DNA of 64,000 bases from Nymphaea colorata. Taxonomy: Eukaryota. The first letter of the stretch is position 1. Each line of letters starts with the position of its first letter. The stretch lies in the NCBI RefSeq assembly GCF_008831285.2, contig NC_045138.2:5208001-5272000 (forward strand), written 5' to 3'. The translations under genes were made by a program, and so were the position numbers. This document shows, piece by piece, positions 1-12,998 of this stretch. The notes under the pieces are model-generated. The model was given only the letters and a program-made list of their open reading frames with translations, searched no databases and had not been told where the DNA came from.

Positions 1-2
1 AC

Positions 3-3000
3 TTCCTCCCTTAAATCACCATGAAGAAAAGCATTCTTCACGTCCATTTGATGTAGTCTCCATCCATATTCAACTGCCAATGATATAATCACGCGAATTG
101 TTCCCATTTTGATCACAGGGCTGAATGTCTCATCATAATCTTCTCCATATTGTTGTGTAAACCCTTTTGCTACTAACCTTGCTTTGTGTCTTTCTATGCT
201 GCCGTCAGGTTTGTATTTAATTTTGTATACCCATTTGGAGCCCACTACGTTCTTTTCGTGTGGCCTCGGAACGATCTCCCATGTTCCACATTCATGCAAG
301 GCATCCATTTCTTCTTTCATAGCCTTTCTCCAATGATGTGATTTTGATGCTTCATCAAATGAAGTAGGTTCTTCCTCCTTGCCAACTTTTGCCATGAATA
401 ACTGAAAATCAAGTGATAAAGAATCATAGCTAACCCACCTGTGAATGGGATGACGAATGCGTTGGGATCTTCTAAGGTGGGGCATGTTGTCTTCTTCACT
501 GTGAGCATCTCTGTCCCTTAGTCGTCGACTGTAGATAAGACCCGAATACCGATGTGCATCGTTGCTCTGTTCATTATTGTTTTCGTGATGACTTAATGAC
601 TGTGTTGGATCTTCTTGATTTTCACTTTGAGCTATATCCGACGGTTGTATTGCTCTCTCTGAATCTTCACTTTGAGGCACATCATTTTCTATAACAGGAT
701 CTGCATTGAATAACTGTGTACTGGTCCAGGGATCATAAGATTCAATGGTCATAGGCATTTCATTTGTATTATCAAAACTATGTTCATCAAAAATGACATT
801 TCTTGAAGTTTTGATACGTTTAGTTGTTGGATCATAGCATCGAAAACCTTTATATTCATCAGCATATCCAACGAATCTACATTGAATAGCTTTGTCTTGA
901 AACTTGTTCCTCAAGGCAGCATCAACGTGAACATAGCATACACAACCAAAAACCTTCAAGTTCTTGTAATCAGGTTGTTTGCCTAAGAGTGTAAAATATG
1001 GCGATTTAGACATCAAGAGTGTCATAGGCAAACAATTTATTATGTATACAGCAGTATGGAAGGCTTCAGTCCACAAGGAAATGGGCACATTAGTATCATG
1101 CATCATGCTCATGGCGCTTTCAACTATATGTCGATGTTTCCGCTCAACTACACCATTTTGTTGTGGTGTGTAAGGGCAGGAAATTTGTCTAGTTATCCCT
1201 TTTTCACGTAGAAATTCAATAAAATCAAGCGATGAATATTCTCCCCCTCCATCACATTGAAAATGCACCACATTGGATGAAAATTTAGTTTGAATCATGG
1301 CATAGAAGTTTCGAAATATGTGAGGTACTTCTGATTTGTGTTTCATGAAGTAAATCCAGGTGAAACGTGAATAAGAGTCAATGAATAAGATATAATATCT
1401 TGACCCAGACATGGAATCAATAGGGGCTGGCCCCCATACATCAGAAAAAATAGTTTCAAAAGGTTTGGAAGCCCTTTGATTTATATTATGGAAAGGTAAA
1501 ATATGACTCTTACAAAGTCCACAACTTGAACATTTTTTGACACTTGAAGTAAGAGGTAAACTTGATCTTGGAATGAGACTATCTGTGACAAGTTTTTCAA
1601 TGAAATGTCGACCACAGTGTCCTAGCTGACTATGCCACAAATCAGACTCCAAAAATTGGTTAGGGCCCCTTACTTTTGATTGAAAATGGCAAGAACTTGG
1701 CACTGATGACGCATTATGAGAAAGAGAAAATGTCTTCAATCCTATATCAAAAGTGGATGAATCCTTGGGTAGACATTCCTTGAGGACGTACATATTCCCT
1801 TGACGCTCCCCTCTAGCGAACATTTTCTTCGTTTGGAGGTCCTTGACATAGACAGAAGAAGGTGTGAATTCAACAGAAGAGCTTGTATCATCAATGAGTT
1901 TAGAAATGGATATGATGTTCTTTTTTATATTGGGAGCAAGAACAACATTAGACAGTGATAGAGACGAGGATGACAATGGAATATGTGCATTTCCAATATG
2001 TGTAATAGGATGAGATTTTCCATCACCTGTTATAATGCAACTTCTACCGTAATGAGGGGATAAGTTAGTCAATTTACCTGCATTTCCTGTCACATGGGTA
2101 GCTGCACCTGAATCCAAGAACCATTCTCCCTGCTCATTTTGCTTTATAGTCATCTTTGAGAATGCGGCCATCAATAGCTGTTGCATATCTTCAGCGGTGG
2201 ATTTAGAACTTTGTCCTCCTTGTTTATAATCATGTCTTACCCCTTTGTTTTTATTTTGAGGATTAAACCAACATTGTGCCTTCATGTGTCCTTTCTTGTT
2301 GCACTGAAAACAAATTGGTATTTTTCTTGAAGTATCCAAAGGAGACATACCTTGGTTATGTGGTGTTGGTAGAATGCCACGACCACCATGGTTGGAGTTC
2401 CCATGGCTCTTACCAAACTTTACATTCATAGCCAACACATTTTGGGAGTTCCCTTGATCAGTCCTTTCAATGACTCTTTTCATATTCATTTCATGTTGGA
2501 GAAGTTTACCTTGTAGTTCGTTGAAGGAAGGCAGAACAGGAAGGACCTCAAGAGCTGTAATAAAAGCATGATAATCATGCCCAAGTCCATTCAAGGTTTG
2601 CTGCACCTTTTCCTTATCAGAAATGTTATTCCCTGAGGCAGCAAGTTGGTCTGCGACGGCCTTAATACGCCCCAAATAATCCATGATAGACGTTGAACCT
2701 TTGCTCAAATTCTGAAATTCTTTCTTTAAGTACATAATTCGAGCTTCTGATATTTGGGAAAAGGTATCAGCAAGGGTTTCCCATAATTCTTCTGCAGTAC
2801 AATCATCAGAAACTGAAAGTAACACTTGTTGAGATAAAGTGGACAAAATATACGCAACCAGACTTTGATCACGTCTCATCCACATAGCATGTTCAGGATT
2901 GTTGTCTTCATGAACAGCAATAACTTCTCCTGCCTCATTTTTTATTTCCTGTAAGACGGATATTGGTGGAGCCTTTGTTGAACCATCGAGATGTCCAAAG

Positions 3001-3128
3001 AGGCCTTGACTTCTTATGAAAGGCATGATTTGCCTTTTCCAGATCAGATAATTCTCATGGTTGAGTTTTTCGGTAATAAGGTGAGGAAGAAAACTTGAGG
3101 ACATGCCAGAATGCGAAAGGTTTTCCAT
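3..3128 (-). CDS. Copia gag-pol polyprotein, partial (>1040 aa, open to the window edge)
   Basis: ATG at 3128 ([27 protein letters not shown]) is in the same frame as the RT codons at the window start. No piece of this frame appears in the ORF track, as expected if it has no stop before the edge. Confidence 0.85.
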   Translation of the reverse strand, partial: MENLSHSGMSSSFLPHLITEKLNHENYLIWKRQIMPFIRSQGLFGHLDGSTKAPPISVLQEIKNEAGEVIAVHEDNNPEHAMWMRRDQSLVAYILSTLSQQVLLSVSDDCTAEELWETLADTFSQISEARIMYLKKEFQNLSKGSTSIMDYLGRIKAVADQLAASGNNISDKEKVQQTLNGLGHDYHAFITALEVLPVLPSFNELQGKLLQHEMNMKRVIERTDQGNSQNVLAMNVKFGKSHGNSNHGGRGILPTPHNQGMSPLDTSRKIPICFQCNKKGHMKAQCWFNPQNKNKGVRHDYKQGGQSSKSTAEDMQQLLMAAFSKMTIKQNEQGEWFLDSGAATHVTGNAGKLTNLSPHYGRSCIITGDGKSHPITHIGNAHIPLSSSSLSLSNVVLAPNIKKNIISISKLIDDTSSSVEFTPSSVYVKDLQTKKMFARGERQGNMYVLKECLPKDSSTFDIGLKTFSLSHNASSVPSSCHFQSKVRGPNQFLESDLWHSQLGHCGRHFIEKLVTDSLIPRSSLPLTSSVKKCSSCGLCKSHILPFHNINQRASKPFETIFSDVWGPAPIDSMSGSRYYILFIDSYSRFTWIYFMKHKSEVPHIFRNFYAMIQTKFSSNVVHFQCDGGGEYSSLDFIEFLREKGITRQISCPYTPQQNGVVERKHRHIVESAMSMMHDTNVPISLWTEAFHTAVYIINCLPMTLLMSKSPYFTLLGKQPDYKNLKVFGCVCYVHVDAALRNKFQDKAIQCRFVGYADEYKGFRCYDPTTKRIKTSRNVIFDEHSFDNTNEMPMTIESYDPWTSTQLFNADPVIENDVPQSEDSERAIQPSDIAQSENQEDPTQSLSHHENNNEQSNDAHRYSGLIYSRRLRDRDAHSEEDNMPHLRRSQRIRHPIHRWVSYDSLSLDFQLFMAKVGKEEEPTSFDEASKSHHWRKAMKEEMDALHECGTWEIVPRPHEKNVVGSKWVYKIKYKPDGSIERHKARLVAKGFTQQYGEDYDETFSPVIKMGTIRVIISLAVEYGWRLHQMDVKNAFLHGDLREE

Positions 3129-3334
3129 GACAGCAGAAAGGAATGGTATATAGGTAGAAGATGAGAGGGAAAGAAGACACGATATAACAAGATGTGTCCT
3201 TGGTAAGCAAGAAGAAAAAGGAACAAGAATTGTGCAAGAGAAAAGTAAATTCAGGATAGAGACAAGATGAGAAAAGAGTTCTAACCAGATCAGACCTGTT
3301 TGGGCATTTCGTTTGGTAGAGATAACGTAACCTG

Positions 3335-3346
3335 GCTCTGATACCA
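3335..3346 (-). promoter_or_regulatory. Primer-binding site (tRNA-iMet)
   Basis: Plus-strand GCTCTGATACCA reads TGGTATCAGAGC on the minus strand, directly next to the LTR end. Confidence 0.92.
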
Positions 3347-3398
3347 TGATAGAAATGTAGCACCAATATCTGTAACCCGAAAACAGCACTCACGCAGG

Positions 3399-3440
<42 letters not shown>

Positions 3441-3798
3441 ACAAGAAGAAACTGAGGAGAAGAAGCCGTAGCCAAAATGGTTTGCACGGCCTCTATTTAT
3501 AATCTCATTTTCAGAATTCTAAGAGTCTCCAATCGTAGAATCCTAGGAGATTTCACAAGCTCCAAGGACATTAATTACATCATAGAAACCTAAGAGACTT
3601 CACATATTACAAGGATATTAACTACAACATAGAATCCTAGGAGACTTCCCATATAACAAGGATATTAACTATAACATAGAATCCTAGGAGACTCTTCACA
3701 TGTTACAAGGACATTAAATATTTTAACACATTCTACAAGGAGGTGGAATCCTAAGAGACTCCTCTTCAACGTGCTGGTGAAGGATTTATATTTTAACA
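3347..3798 (-). repeat. 5' LTR of the copia element (~450 bp)
   Basis: TG...CA termini on the minus strand (TGTTAAAA at 3798; 3728 is an alternative end). TATAAATA at 3494-3501 (minus), a (GA)n tract, and tandem U3 repeats. Confidence 0.75.
3537..3720. repeat. Four tandem ~47-bp repeats in LTR U3
   Basis: Unit AGAATCCTAGGAGACTTC...ACAAGGA(C/T)ATTAA...CAT occurs four times, with a further partial copy near 3746-3762. Confidence 0.85.
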
Positions 3799-4028
3799 CT
3801 TTGGATCATGATGGATCTTGTAGAAGTGTGAATATCAGGCACAATTACGAAACATACGGAAAAGATATTTCACTTACCACCAGGAGTATCATTTGTTTCA
3901 CTTGGAAACTCAACGTTGCATTTCAATCTAATTATTGTTTCCTGGTTGTCATACCTTTATTTCTTTCTACTTCTGGATCAGAGAGCTTTTGTTCACTTCT
4001 AACAGAAATATATATCTTTTATTTGCAG

Positions 4029-6945
4029 TTATCATATTAAACGTAGGCTTCTTTTGACTGGAACTCCAATACAAAATAGTTTACAGGAGTTGTGGTCCTT
4101 ACTCAACTTCTTGCTTCCAAGCATTTTCAATTCAGTAAAGAACTTCGAGGAATGGTTCAATGCACCTTTTGCAGATCGTGGTGATATTTCTCTGACAGAT
4201 GAAGAAGAACTATTGATTATTCGTCGTCTGCATCAGGTAATAATAATTTTTTTTTTATTGTTTAGTTCATTCAGTTCTTTCTCTTATTTTACAATTGGTG
4301 TCTCTCAGGTTATAAGGCCATTTTTACTACGGAGGAAGAAAGATGAAGTAGAAAAGTTCCTTCCAGGAAAAACGCAGGTCATTTTGAAATGTGATCTGTC
4401 AGGCTGGCAGAAAGTTTACTATCAACAGATTACAGATATAGGAAGAGTTGGACTAGATTCAAGTATCGTCTTCTCTGACATTCTTCTTTTCTTCTTCCGG
4501 ATCTGTGTTTATTTATTTCCTTATGAGGATATGGAGTTAATAGTTAGAAAGTTTTTGTTCTTTTATAAAGTCAATAGTACCACATACAGTTCCATTTCTG
4601 CAGTAACCATTGAAAACGTACAGGTACTGGAAAGTCCAAGAGCTTACTGAATTTGTCTATGCAACTAAGGAAATGCTGCAATCATCCTTATCTATTTGTT
4701 GGCGAATACAACATGCATCAGAAAGAAGAGATAGTGAGAGCATCAGGAAAATTTGAGTTGCTTGATCGCTTACTCCCAAAACTGCAAAAATCAGGGCACA
4801 GAGTCCTGCTTTTCTCACAGATGACACGTCTCATGGACATTTTGGAAATCTACCTGTCGCTGCATGGATTCTCATATCTGAGGCTTGATGGTGCAACAAA
4901 GACCGAGGAGCGAGGTGCATTACTCAAAAAGTTCAATGCACCAGATTCCCCCTACTTCATGTTTCTTTTAAGCACTCGAGCTGGTGGTCTTGGCCTTAAT
5001 TTGCAGACTGCAGATACAGTTATATTGTTTGATAGTGACTGGAATCCGCAAATGGACCAGCAGGCTGAAGATCGAGCTCATCGGATTGGGCAAAAGAAGG
5101 AAGTACGTGTTTTTGTATTAGTAAGTGTTGGGTCAATTGAGGAAGAAATCCTGGAACGTGCAAAACAAAAGATGGGGATTGATGCTAAAGTTATTCAGGC
5201 TGGGCTATTCAACACTACTTCAACAGGTTAATATGCTTGTCACTAGTTCTTGTTTATCTTAAAATTTGTGACTCCCGTAGGGATACAACTTTTGGTTGTT
5301 TGAAGGCCAAATGTTAAACTTCCTGCAAGTGTGTTTTGGACAGTTCTGAAGCCTTAAACATACCCCGTGTCTTGGAGAAACTGATGGAACAAAGTCTTTC
5401 TAAATTCATGGGATTGTTTGAAGGCCAAATGTTAAACTTCCTGCAAGTGTGTTTCGGACAGTTCCGAAGCCATAAACATACCCCGTGTCTTGGAGAAACT
5501 GATGGAACAAAGTCTTTCTAAATTCATGGGATCTAGCTGAAACTCATGCCTTCATATGTTTTTTTAAAAATCACCTAATATATGCTTCTCTATAGTACAA
5601 CCAGGGGATTAGCTCTTCAGTAATGCTTCTTGAATGTAGAAATAGAGATTTTCAAGGATCAAACTACAATTGTTCGAAATTTTCCCGCTTGGGTTCCCTT
5701 TTTGTACACTAGAAGAGGCATGATTCAACTTCTAAGGTTTTATTCTCATAGGCATGGCATCGTTTGGTTAAGTTTCATTAGAAAAATAGTCCATATGTGT
5801 TCTTAATGGGTTGGCCATCTAATGTTTGATTTTCAGTATTAATATGTTTCAAAACTATGATGTCATGAAGTGGTACTGGATTTACTAATCCATTCACATT
5901 TGTTTATTTGGGAAAAGGTTTGTTGTCGCCAGTACACTTGTTGAACTCTTGAAATCATGAAGGTAGTTTAATGCATATAATCTATTTTTCCTAGAATTTG
6001 ATGCACACATGAAAAAGAAACAAAAATATCTAGGTTGTAGGTTGACTTTGATCAGTACATGAATTTAGGGATTTCAAAGGGGCTAAATCTGAACGCTTGA
6101 AACGTCAATAAGTTAAGAGATGAACAATAGGTCAATTTTTTCTTTCTTTTTCATTTTGTGGAGATTTCCACCACAACATATACGTATTGGTATGTGATTT
6201 TTTTCAAATTTTTTCCTCTACAGCAAAGGATAGAAGAGAAATGTTGCAGGAGATAATGCGCAGAGGTACAAATTCTCTTGGAACAGATGTACCAAGTGAA
6301 AGAGAAATCAATCGGCTAGCAGCTAGGTCGGATGAGGAATTCTGGCTTTTTGAGAAGATGGATGAAGAGAGGCGACACAGGGAAAATTATCGGTCAAGAC
6401 TAATGGAAGAGCACGAGGTGCCAGAATGGGCTTTTGCTGCGCCAAACAGAAAGGAAGAAAAGACTGTTGGAGATGTGGATAAACATTTAGAGGGCAGCCA
6501 AAGCACAGGGAAACGACGGAGGAAAGAAGTGATTTACACTGACCTGCTTAGTGATGTCCAGTGGATGAAAGCTGTCGAAAGTGGTGAGGATTTAGCACAG
6601 GCAGTTATGAGAAGCAAGAGAAAAGAACAGCTTGTGAGCACGACTGAGTCAACCAGTGAAATGATGCAAATCGAAAGGCAAGAATCAATAAATGGGGAAG
6701 AGGAGGATGAGGGGACGAGCAGCGATCTCTTTTCCAGTGTACCTAGAAAACTGAAATCTACAAAACCGAAGCCCTTTTTTCCTACCAAGGATGAAACTTT
6801 ACCGCTTAACAAGGACGAAGTCGAATATCATGGTGGCAGTGGCTGGCCTGGGGATATTGTTACTTGGAAAGCCCATAAAAGGAGAACTAGTCACCTTGAT
6901 GCGCGAGCACAACAGTGCAGTAATAGGGGAAACGGATGGGTATGA
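4029..6945 (+). CDS. CHR12: SWI2/SNF2 chromatin-remodelling ATPase, CHR12/CHR23 (MINU)-like; 3' exons 4029-4236, 4309-4462, 4624-5226, 6224-6945; 5' exons lie upstream of the window
   Basis: Motifs [90 protein letters not shown] and SnAC-like [16 protein letters not shown] introns keep the frame; stop TGA at 6943-6945. The short C-terminus lacks the BRM bromodomain and the long SYD tail. Confidence 0.92.
5296..5531. repeat. 118-bp tandem duplication in the last intron of the SNF2 gene
   Basis: TTGTTTGAAGGCCAAATG...AAATTCATGGGA starts at 5296 and again at 5414, with about 3 mismatches. Confidence 0.9.
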
Positions 6946-7130
6946 CGGGAAATTCTCTGGGCATATTTGCTTTTAGTGTTCTTTGTAACATGAATCATTT
7001 GGTTGGGGGAGTGCTTTGATCTTGGTTGCGCGGGTACAACAGTGCAGTAATGGAGGAAACGGATGGATATGACGGGAAATTCTCCTGGCATTTTTTTTTT
7101 CTTTAGGGTTCTTTGTAACAAGAATCATTG
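6895..7130 (+). repeat. ~126-bp tandem duplication spanning the SNF2 stop codon and start of the 3' UTR
   Basis: GCGCG..ACAACAGTGCAGTAAT...GGAAACGGATGG.TATGACGGGAAATTCTC occurs at ~6901 and ~7028. Confidence 0.85.
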
Positions 7131-7216
7131 GCCAGAAATGCTTTGATTGCAGTCTTCAATCATTGCGCTTTATGTATTGGCACTTCAACCTTTTGTCACA
7201 TGCAGGATAAGATTTA

Positions 7217-7218
<2 letters not shown>

Positions 7219-7251
<33 letters not shown>
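7219..7251. repeat. (CT)n microsatellite
   Basis: Perfect dinucleotide run. Confidence 0.9.
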
Positions 7252-7254
<3 letters not shown>

Positions 7255-7779
7255 GGGGACTCTGACCCTTGAATTGGTCGTCCGGCCCACCCCGGTCGCA
7301 CCTGGTTTGCAAACCGTCGGAAACACTGCATCTTATCGGAAAAATGATGGAAGTCAGGATTGGAACCATCCCCATCGGTTGACATACTTCTTTCCCAGGC
7401 TGCTGTTTTCGCCTCTTCTCTTGCCCTGATTTTCCATGTCCACCAATCCTTCACTTGCCTTTTTTGCCGACTCCGCCTGTCTTCTTGTCCTACGCCTCTG
7501 CAACTCATCCTACCGTCTCCACCTTGTCCTTAGCCTTCTTTGTTCACCTGCCTTCTTCGCTCCTGCCTCATCCGCTGCCATCTTGTCCTCCTTCGTCCTT
7601 ACCCATTACCCATCCCTTCCTCGTCTCTTTCCCCTGCGTCTATCGTCTTCTCGCTTAACTGCACTTTTGCCCCTTTCCTGAGCTCCCTCCCCTCACTGCT
7701 TTTACTCTTCACTCTTCTTCCTCTCTCTCTCTCTCAATCTGCAGTGGATGCAGTTGATGCTTTACTTGCCGATCTGGTG

Positions 7780-9150
7780 GGCTTAATCGCCCCATTCATA
7801 TTACAAAGTTCTTGAATCCAACAAGGATGCCCTTTATCACCAACGCTATTCAACTTCACCCTTCATGATCTGGTCGTGTTGCTATCTAGAGCATTTGATG
7901 TTGCCATCTTGGATCCGCTCCCTTTTACAACATGCAAATGACATTCTAGTCTCTGAAGGGAAAAGAATGGGCGTGCAAGTATTTTTGATTTTTTTTTTAA
8001 TAAAAGAACATACATTTTAGTCTTTTTTTTTTAACTTCTTTTTGTCTTCCTGAAAAGGGTTTTTTTAAGGTTAAATATAGGGGTATTTTGGTCATTGTGC
8101 TTATCTATGCACAACTTTTTGTGCACATAACCCGTTTCGCCTCTTATGGTTTCTCAAGCTTGCGTCAATAAATAGGATCCAGAGCTCCTAAAGATTCAGG
8201 TCAAGCTACGAAATTGGAAAGCTACTTATCTCTCTCGTTGGCCAGACGAACTGCTATGATCCGATTTCTTGCCTCTCTTCTGTCTCACTTTCTCGCTGTT
8301 CTGAAAATACCCCTTTCGGTCGAAAGGAAAATCATTCCCATGTTCTCCAACTTTTTTTGGAATGAAGTCAAGTCGAATAGAAAGCATTTGATTTCATGGA
8401 ATATGGACTCCATGCCTCTCTCACATCACATGTTCAATGGTTATACATGTAGGGATGTTAAAATATATCTGATTGGATCAGATATCAAATTGAACCCTTC
8501 ATAAAAGTTCAGATATGGAAAAAAAATTAATATCCAATTAAAATCAGATCTAATTCAGGTTTAAGAAAAGATATCTGACTGGATTCGGATATACGTTAAT
8601 ATCTCATTGGATTGGGATTAGGATTCAGATTGGATTTAGTTTTAAATAACTATCACATGTCCTCCAGTGCTCTTACATTTTGAAAATTGGCTAGATTTGG
8701 ATTAAAATTCAGATTAGGATTCAGATATGAATGTGAAACCAAATTCATATTGAATTCGGATTATAAAATCAAAATTTTGGATTCGAATTACGATGTGACT
8801 TTTCTTTATTCATTTTTGAACCCAAATATTTGAATATAAAAAAAGCAGAGCTACTAAGTTATATCCTATTCAAATCAATCCGTTGACATCCATGTGCACA
8901 CGTCTTCTCTCAAGGACAAATATGCTTTATTGGTTTTAGATCAGCATCTCTTCTTGCATGTCATCTGTTTCTTTATCCTGTTACCTGATTCATTTGCCCT
9001 CCACTTTACGTTACAAGACAAGAAGAAATGGATGCTACTTTGGCGTACTTAGCTCTACACCTTCACCTGGACAATTTGGGATGTCTTAAATTCCGTCTTA
9101 TACAGTTATACTGCAGTGCCTCCAATCAATGATTATTCACCACAGCTTCA
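7780..9150 (+). mobile_element. Degenerate L1-like LINE reverse-transcriptase remnant, split by later insertions
   Basis: QQGCPLSPTLFN at ~7820-7855. SLARRTAMI...LKIPLSVERKI...FFWN...HLISWN at 8230-8405 resembles the plant L1 post-RT region. Boundaries are approximate. Confidence 0.6.
8450..8894. mobile_element. hAT-like MITE, TAGGGATG family
   Basis: Ends TAGGGATGTTAA and TTGACATCCATG resemble the Ac/Ds TIR. The interior is rich in GGATTCAGAT-type motifs, and related copies occur elsewhere in the window. Confidence 0.65.
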
Positions 9151-10329
9151 CTAGTATTCAGGTTTGCATAAAAGATCATTTAAACACTCACTCTCTTACA
9201 ACATTTCTCTAATATACAAACTTTGGTTGGTTCACTCTTGTGGGCTCTCTCTCTCTCTCTCAAGATATATATATATATATATATATATATCAACCAGAGT
9301 GATTAAACACAACAAAATGACAGCTGATCTGAGCAATCTGATCTAAACAGATATTGTCTACTTTGTTATCTTTTATTACTTTTTCCTCACTTCCTCGGTT
9401 TCCCTCCCTTCATAGACTTCCTTCCTTCCTTCCTCTGCCTCCCTCCCACCTATGCCAGACCAGGGACGTTGCTGGCAGCATCCCCATGCCGTTGGGGCTC
9501 ACCGGTGGATTATTCCACCCATCCTTTGTTTAACAATAGAGGGGAAGAGAGATTACTCCCCCCATACAAGGGCACCCTCTCTCTTCACTTTTGTTTACTA
9601 TCGTATCGTTGTGTTGTGGGAAATTGTGATCTTGATTAAATTGTGATCAACAGTCGATAATTTAATATAAAAAAGCTTAGTTATAAACACTCTCGGCCAG
9701 CTAGCTTTCACATCAACAATTTTTCACATGGGCTCTGCTCACCTATTTTTATAATTAAACAGAAAGAAGTGAATCAATTGTCCAAACAACACTAAAAATT
9801 TAGCTTGAACTATTTATTATTCACCATAAAAGGCTTCAAAAGCACTTGTTCAGTCCCTTTAGTGTTGCATGTAGAAAAAAAAAAGAAAAAAAAAAGAAAA
9901 AAGAAAACATTGGCCCACAATTGCTCACGAAAATCAAATCTACATTACTAAATTTTTCAAACAAACAAAGCCGCTTATCATGCAAATCTAACTTTAATTT
10001 TCTTTTGATTTGGAAACATGGTACCTACCAAGATGATGTTTTCCACATCACTTAGCTTTTTCATTCATAGTAATATGGGGAACATGGAAAAGTGAGTTGT
10101 GAACAAGGTCCGCATCGAGGAAAAAAAAAAAAAAGTGAAGGATGTGGGCTGGAGGCTGCCTAGCAAATGCTTCACTCCTTCCAGCCAAGCCCGGGTGAGG
10201 TGATGTGAGTTGGCAACTCTTCCAATTTTTTTTTTTTTGGTTTGGGGCACATGGTCTAAAGATAAGGTGCGGTCAACTTTAATCTAAGTTGCAATGCAGC
10301 TCTGGAGCCCGGGCCGGATGAAAGAAGCG

Positions 10330-10525
10330 TAGGGCCAGAGTCTGAAATTTTTCATAAAGAGTGTCAAATTAAAATTTTTAAATTTTGATTAGGGCTGAAA
10401 TATTATTTTTTAAAATTTTTATGTATAACAAGTAAATTTTTTTAAAATTTACGAATAATTTTTTTTGAAAAATAAGTTGTGGTGAGGCCAGGGCCCATGC
10501 GGGCCCTATCGAGACTCGGCCCCTA
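10330..10525. mobile_element. Small MITE with AGGGGC-type TIRs
   Basis: TAGGGCCAGAGT...ACTCGGCCCCTA inverted ends around an AT-rich core. Similar elements lie at ~23767, ~38241 and ~52758. Confidence 0.5.
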
Positions 10526-11151
10526 GTATGGTAGTGTCATGGGTGCCAAATGAGTCTGTGGGCCCCACTAAAGTATGGTAGTGTCATGGGTGAAGCTCCA
10601 AATGAGTAATGATTGATTCTTGAGAAAGGGCACCTTCTTTTCAATTCAGCCTTCTTTGAACATGAGGCAAATGCATACAAGGTCTTTTTTTTCAGTTTTT
10701 TATTTTAAAATCGATTCAAAATAGTTTAAATTATGTCTGAAATTCGTAAAATCGAATCAGATGAGATTGTTTGTTTCATAGAGAACTGATTTAATGAACT
10801 GTATCTTCCCCATGCAAGCAAGAAAGAAGCACGGTTTTCAGATTCATCTGACTTTTGATGCAATTGAAAGATACAAATACATATTAAAAATGTAATTAAG
10901 CGATGAGTTGAATGGTGTGAGTCAGGACGCACAGAAACTAAAGAGGGGAGCAACGGAGCTGTTAAGAGAACAAAGACCAGAGAATGTGCAGCACCTAGCT
11001 TCTAATCAGTCTCACAAATATCTATCGTTCTGAAGTTTTTAACAGCAAATAAGTGTCCAAATTCTATATATTCCTGTCAGATCCATACATCTTCAATTAC
11101 ACTTGGTACAAAATCAAAACCTTCGCCCAGAAATAGAAAGAGACCCAAATC

Positions 11152-11508
11152 CTATGTTACCAGAGTGCGGGGTGCGGGTGCCGAAGCGACACATCTCAAA
11201 AAATTTAGGTGCGGCGGTGCAGTGAGGGTATTTTATTATTATTATTATTATTTTAAATTTATTATATACACATAACAAAATAAACATGTATATATTATTA
11301 TTACAATTTAGTTATTAACGTATATAAGATACTTGAATAATTGTATTGCACAGGAAAATATCAGAACAACACATATTATATAAGTAATTTAGTAATATGA
11401 CATTCAAATTGGGCTCAAGTGTGAGTCGGAGCCGCACCCATGTCCGGTGTGCACACGAATCGATGCGACTCGAGTGCGGCAGTAAAATAGAAGAGTCCGG
11501 TGACTTAG
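11152..11508. mobile_element. hAT-type MITE with a perfect 8-bp TSD
   Basis: CCCAAATC flanks both sides (11144-11151 and 11509-11516). Imperfect TIRs CTATGTTACCAGAG / GTCCGGTGACTTAG, with GC-rich subterminal GGTGCG motifs. Confidence 0.85.
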
Positions 11509-12290
11509 CCCAAATCGTTTGAACAATCGATCAAGAGAGAGAAATCATTGGTAATCGTTTTGTTTTGTCAACAAATCTCTGTTGCTCTTCCCGCTACAAG
11601 TTCAGCCATTCAACATTGGTTCTTCTTCATTTTTTTTTTTCATTATGAAATATCTAAGTGGGTGGTTTAATGGCCGCATCGTTGGTAGGTCAACATGCAT
11701 GCATAAGTAGGTTGCCGATTGTTGGCACATATGGTTCAGGTATCAGCTCTTAATCTTCGTTTGTTAAAACAAAATCCAAACCAAATCCATAAAATTCAGG
11801 TATTCAGGTTTGGATTGAGCTGGATTAATGTGGATCTGAGCGTCCAAGAGGCTTTATCATTAATAATCCATACCCATACATGCGCACTCAAAACTGAAGC
11901 CATATCTAAGATATTTGGAGCTCTTTCTTTAGCTCGTCTCCTTTTCATAATTCATGGGCTTTTTTGTCATTGTTATGATCCAGAAGCTTGATCTTTAACC
12001 TCCAAGATTTAAAGATCTGAGATCCAAATCACGATGCCATTTTCTTGTCCCTGAATGGGCCTCTTCACTTATTTTAGTTTATGCTCTACTCCCGTAAAGA
12101 TTCGCCCAAATTTCATTTGCACATATAGGACAAATGACCCCAGTACCACGATGTCAATGCTTCACAATTAAATTTGATCCTAAGTAAATGGATCGGGTGA
12201 GAAAAAAAATCCAGATCCCATTAGTGTCGTACCTAACTTGATATTATGGTTTCTTGTAATGCAATAAATATTTATTTTTTCACCTGAAAA

Positions 12291-12998
12291 TAGGGCTGCA
12301 CATGAGTCGAGTCGCGCTCGAGTTCAGCTGGCTCGAACTCGGCTCGACTCATGTTTAGTGAGCTCGAGCTCGACTCGAGCTCGTCATGAGCTTGTCATCT
12401 TCAACTTTAGCTCGACTCGAGAAGCTGCCGCCAAGCTCTAGCTCGGCTCGAGCAGCCTTTTTTGTGCTGGTGTCATCGGTAGTCATGAGTAGTGCAAAGT
12501 TTTTTCATATGCTCTTTTCCATTATGGTGATGTCCTCGATAATGGCACCTGCCATGCGAAGTGGTTAAAGGACGTTAAAAACAGTGGGTGAAAAAAGAGG
12601 AAAACAGAAGGGAAGAACAACTTGGTGAAGAAAGAGAAAAAGGAGAGGGAAAATGAAAATGATGATTGATTGATAGGAAAGCAAGATGATGAAATTGAGG
12701 TTTAATAATGAAAAAGAAAAGAAAGTGTGGCTGAGTGGGTAAAAATGAAGGGAAAATTAAAGAATACAAAACAAAAAAGAAGAGGAAAAATAAAAACATG
12801 AAAAAAAAGAGATTGAAGTGGAGCTGAGTCGAGTTTAATCGAGTCGAGTTCGTCTAACTCGAACTCGGCTTGTTAACATACTCGAGTTTACATTTAAGCT
12901 CGAGCTTGACTCGTATAAAAATGAGTCGAGCTCGAGTCGAGTTTACTCGAGCGAGTTCGAGTCGAGCCTGAGTTGGCTCGACTCGTTGTGCAGCCCTA
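12291..12998. mobile_element. Non-autonomous hAT element (708 bp)
   Basis: TIRs TAGGGCTGCACA...TGTGCAGCCCTA. The 8-bp TSD CCTGAAAA / CCTGGAAA matches at 7 of 8 positions. Dense subterminal CTCGAG/GTCGAG repeats. Confidence 0.9.

Larger units (their letters stand above)
1..3798 (-). mobile_element. Ty1/copia LTR retrotransposon, 5' part (5' LTR, PBS, gag, protease, integrase, start of RT); continues beyond the left edge
   Basis: Minus-strand translation gives gag ([18 protein letters not shown]), zinc knuckle [14 protein letters not shown], protease [10 protein letters not shown], integrase FSDVWGP...[10 protein letters not shown] and [11 protein letters not shown]...[12 protein letters not shown], in copia order (INT before RT). 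A tRNA-iMet PBS abuts the LTR. Confidence 0.95.

Noticed and set aside
3537..3720. Regularly spaced repeats resembling a CRISPR array
   Set aside because: The whole 47-bp units repeat with no unique spacers, they lie inside a plant LTR, and there are no cas genes.
7185..7815. Several overlapping 67-107 aa ORFs
   Set aside because: They come from CT-rich low-complexity or LINE-derived sequence and show no recognisable domain.
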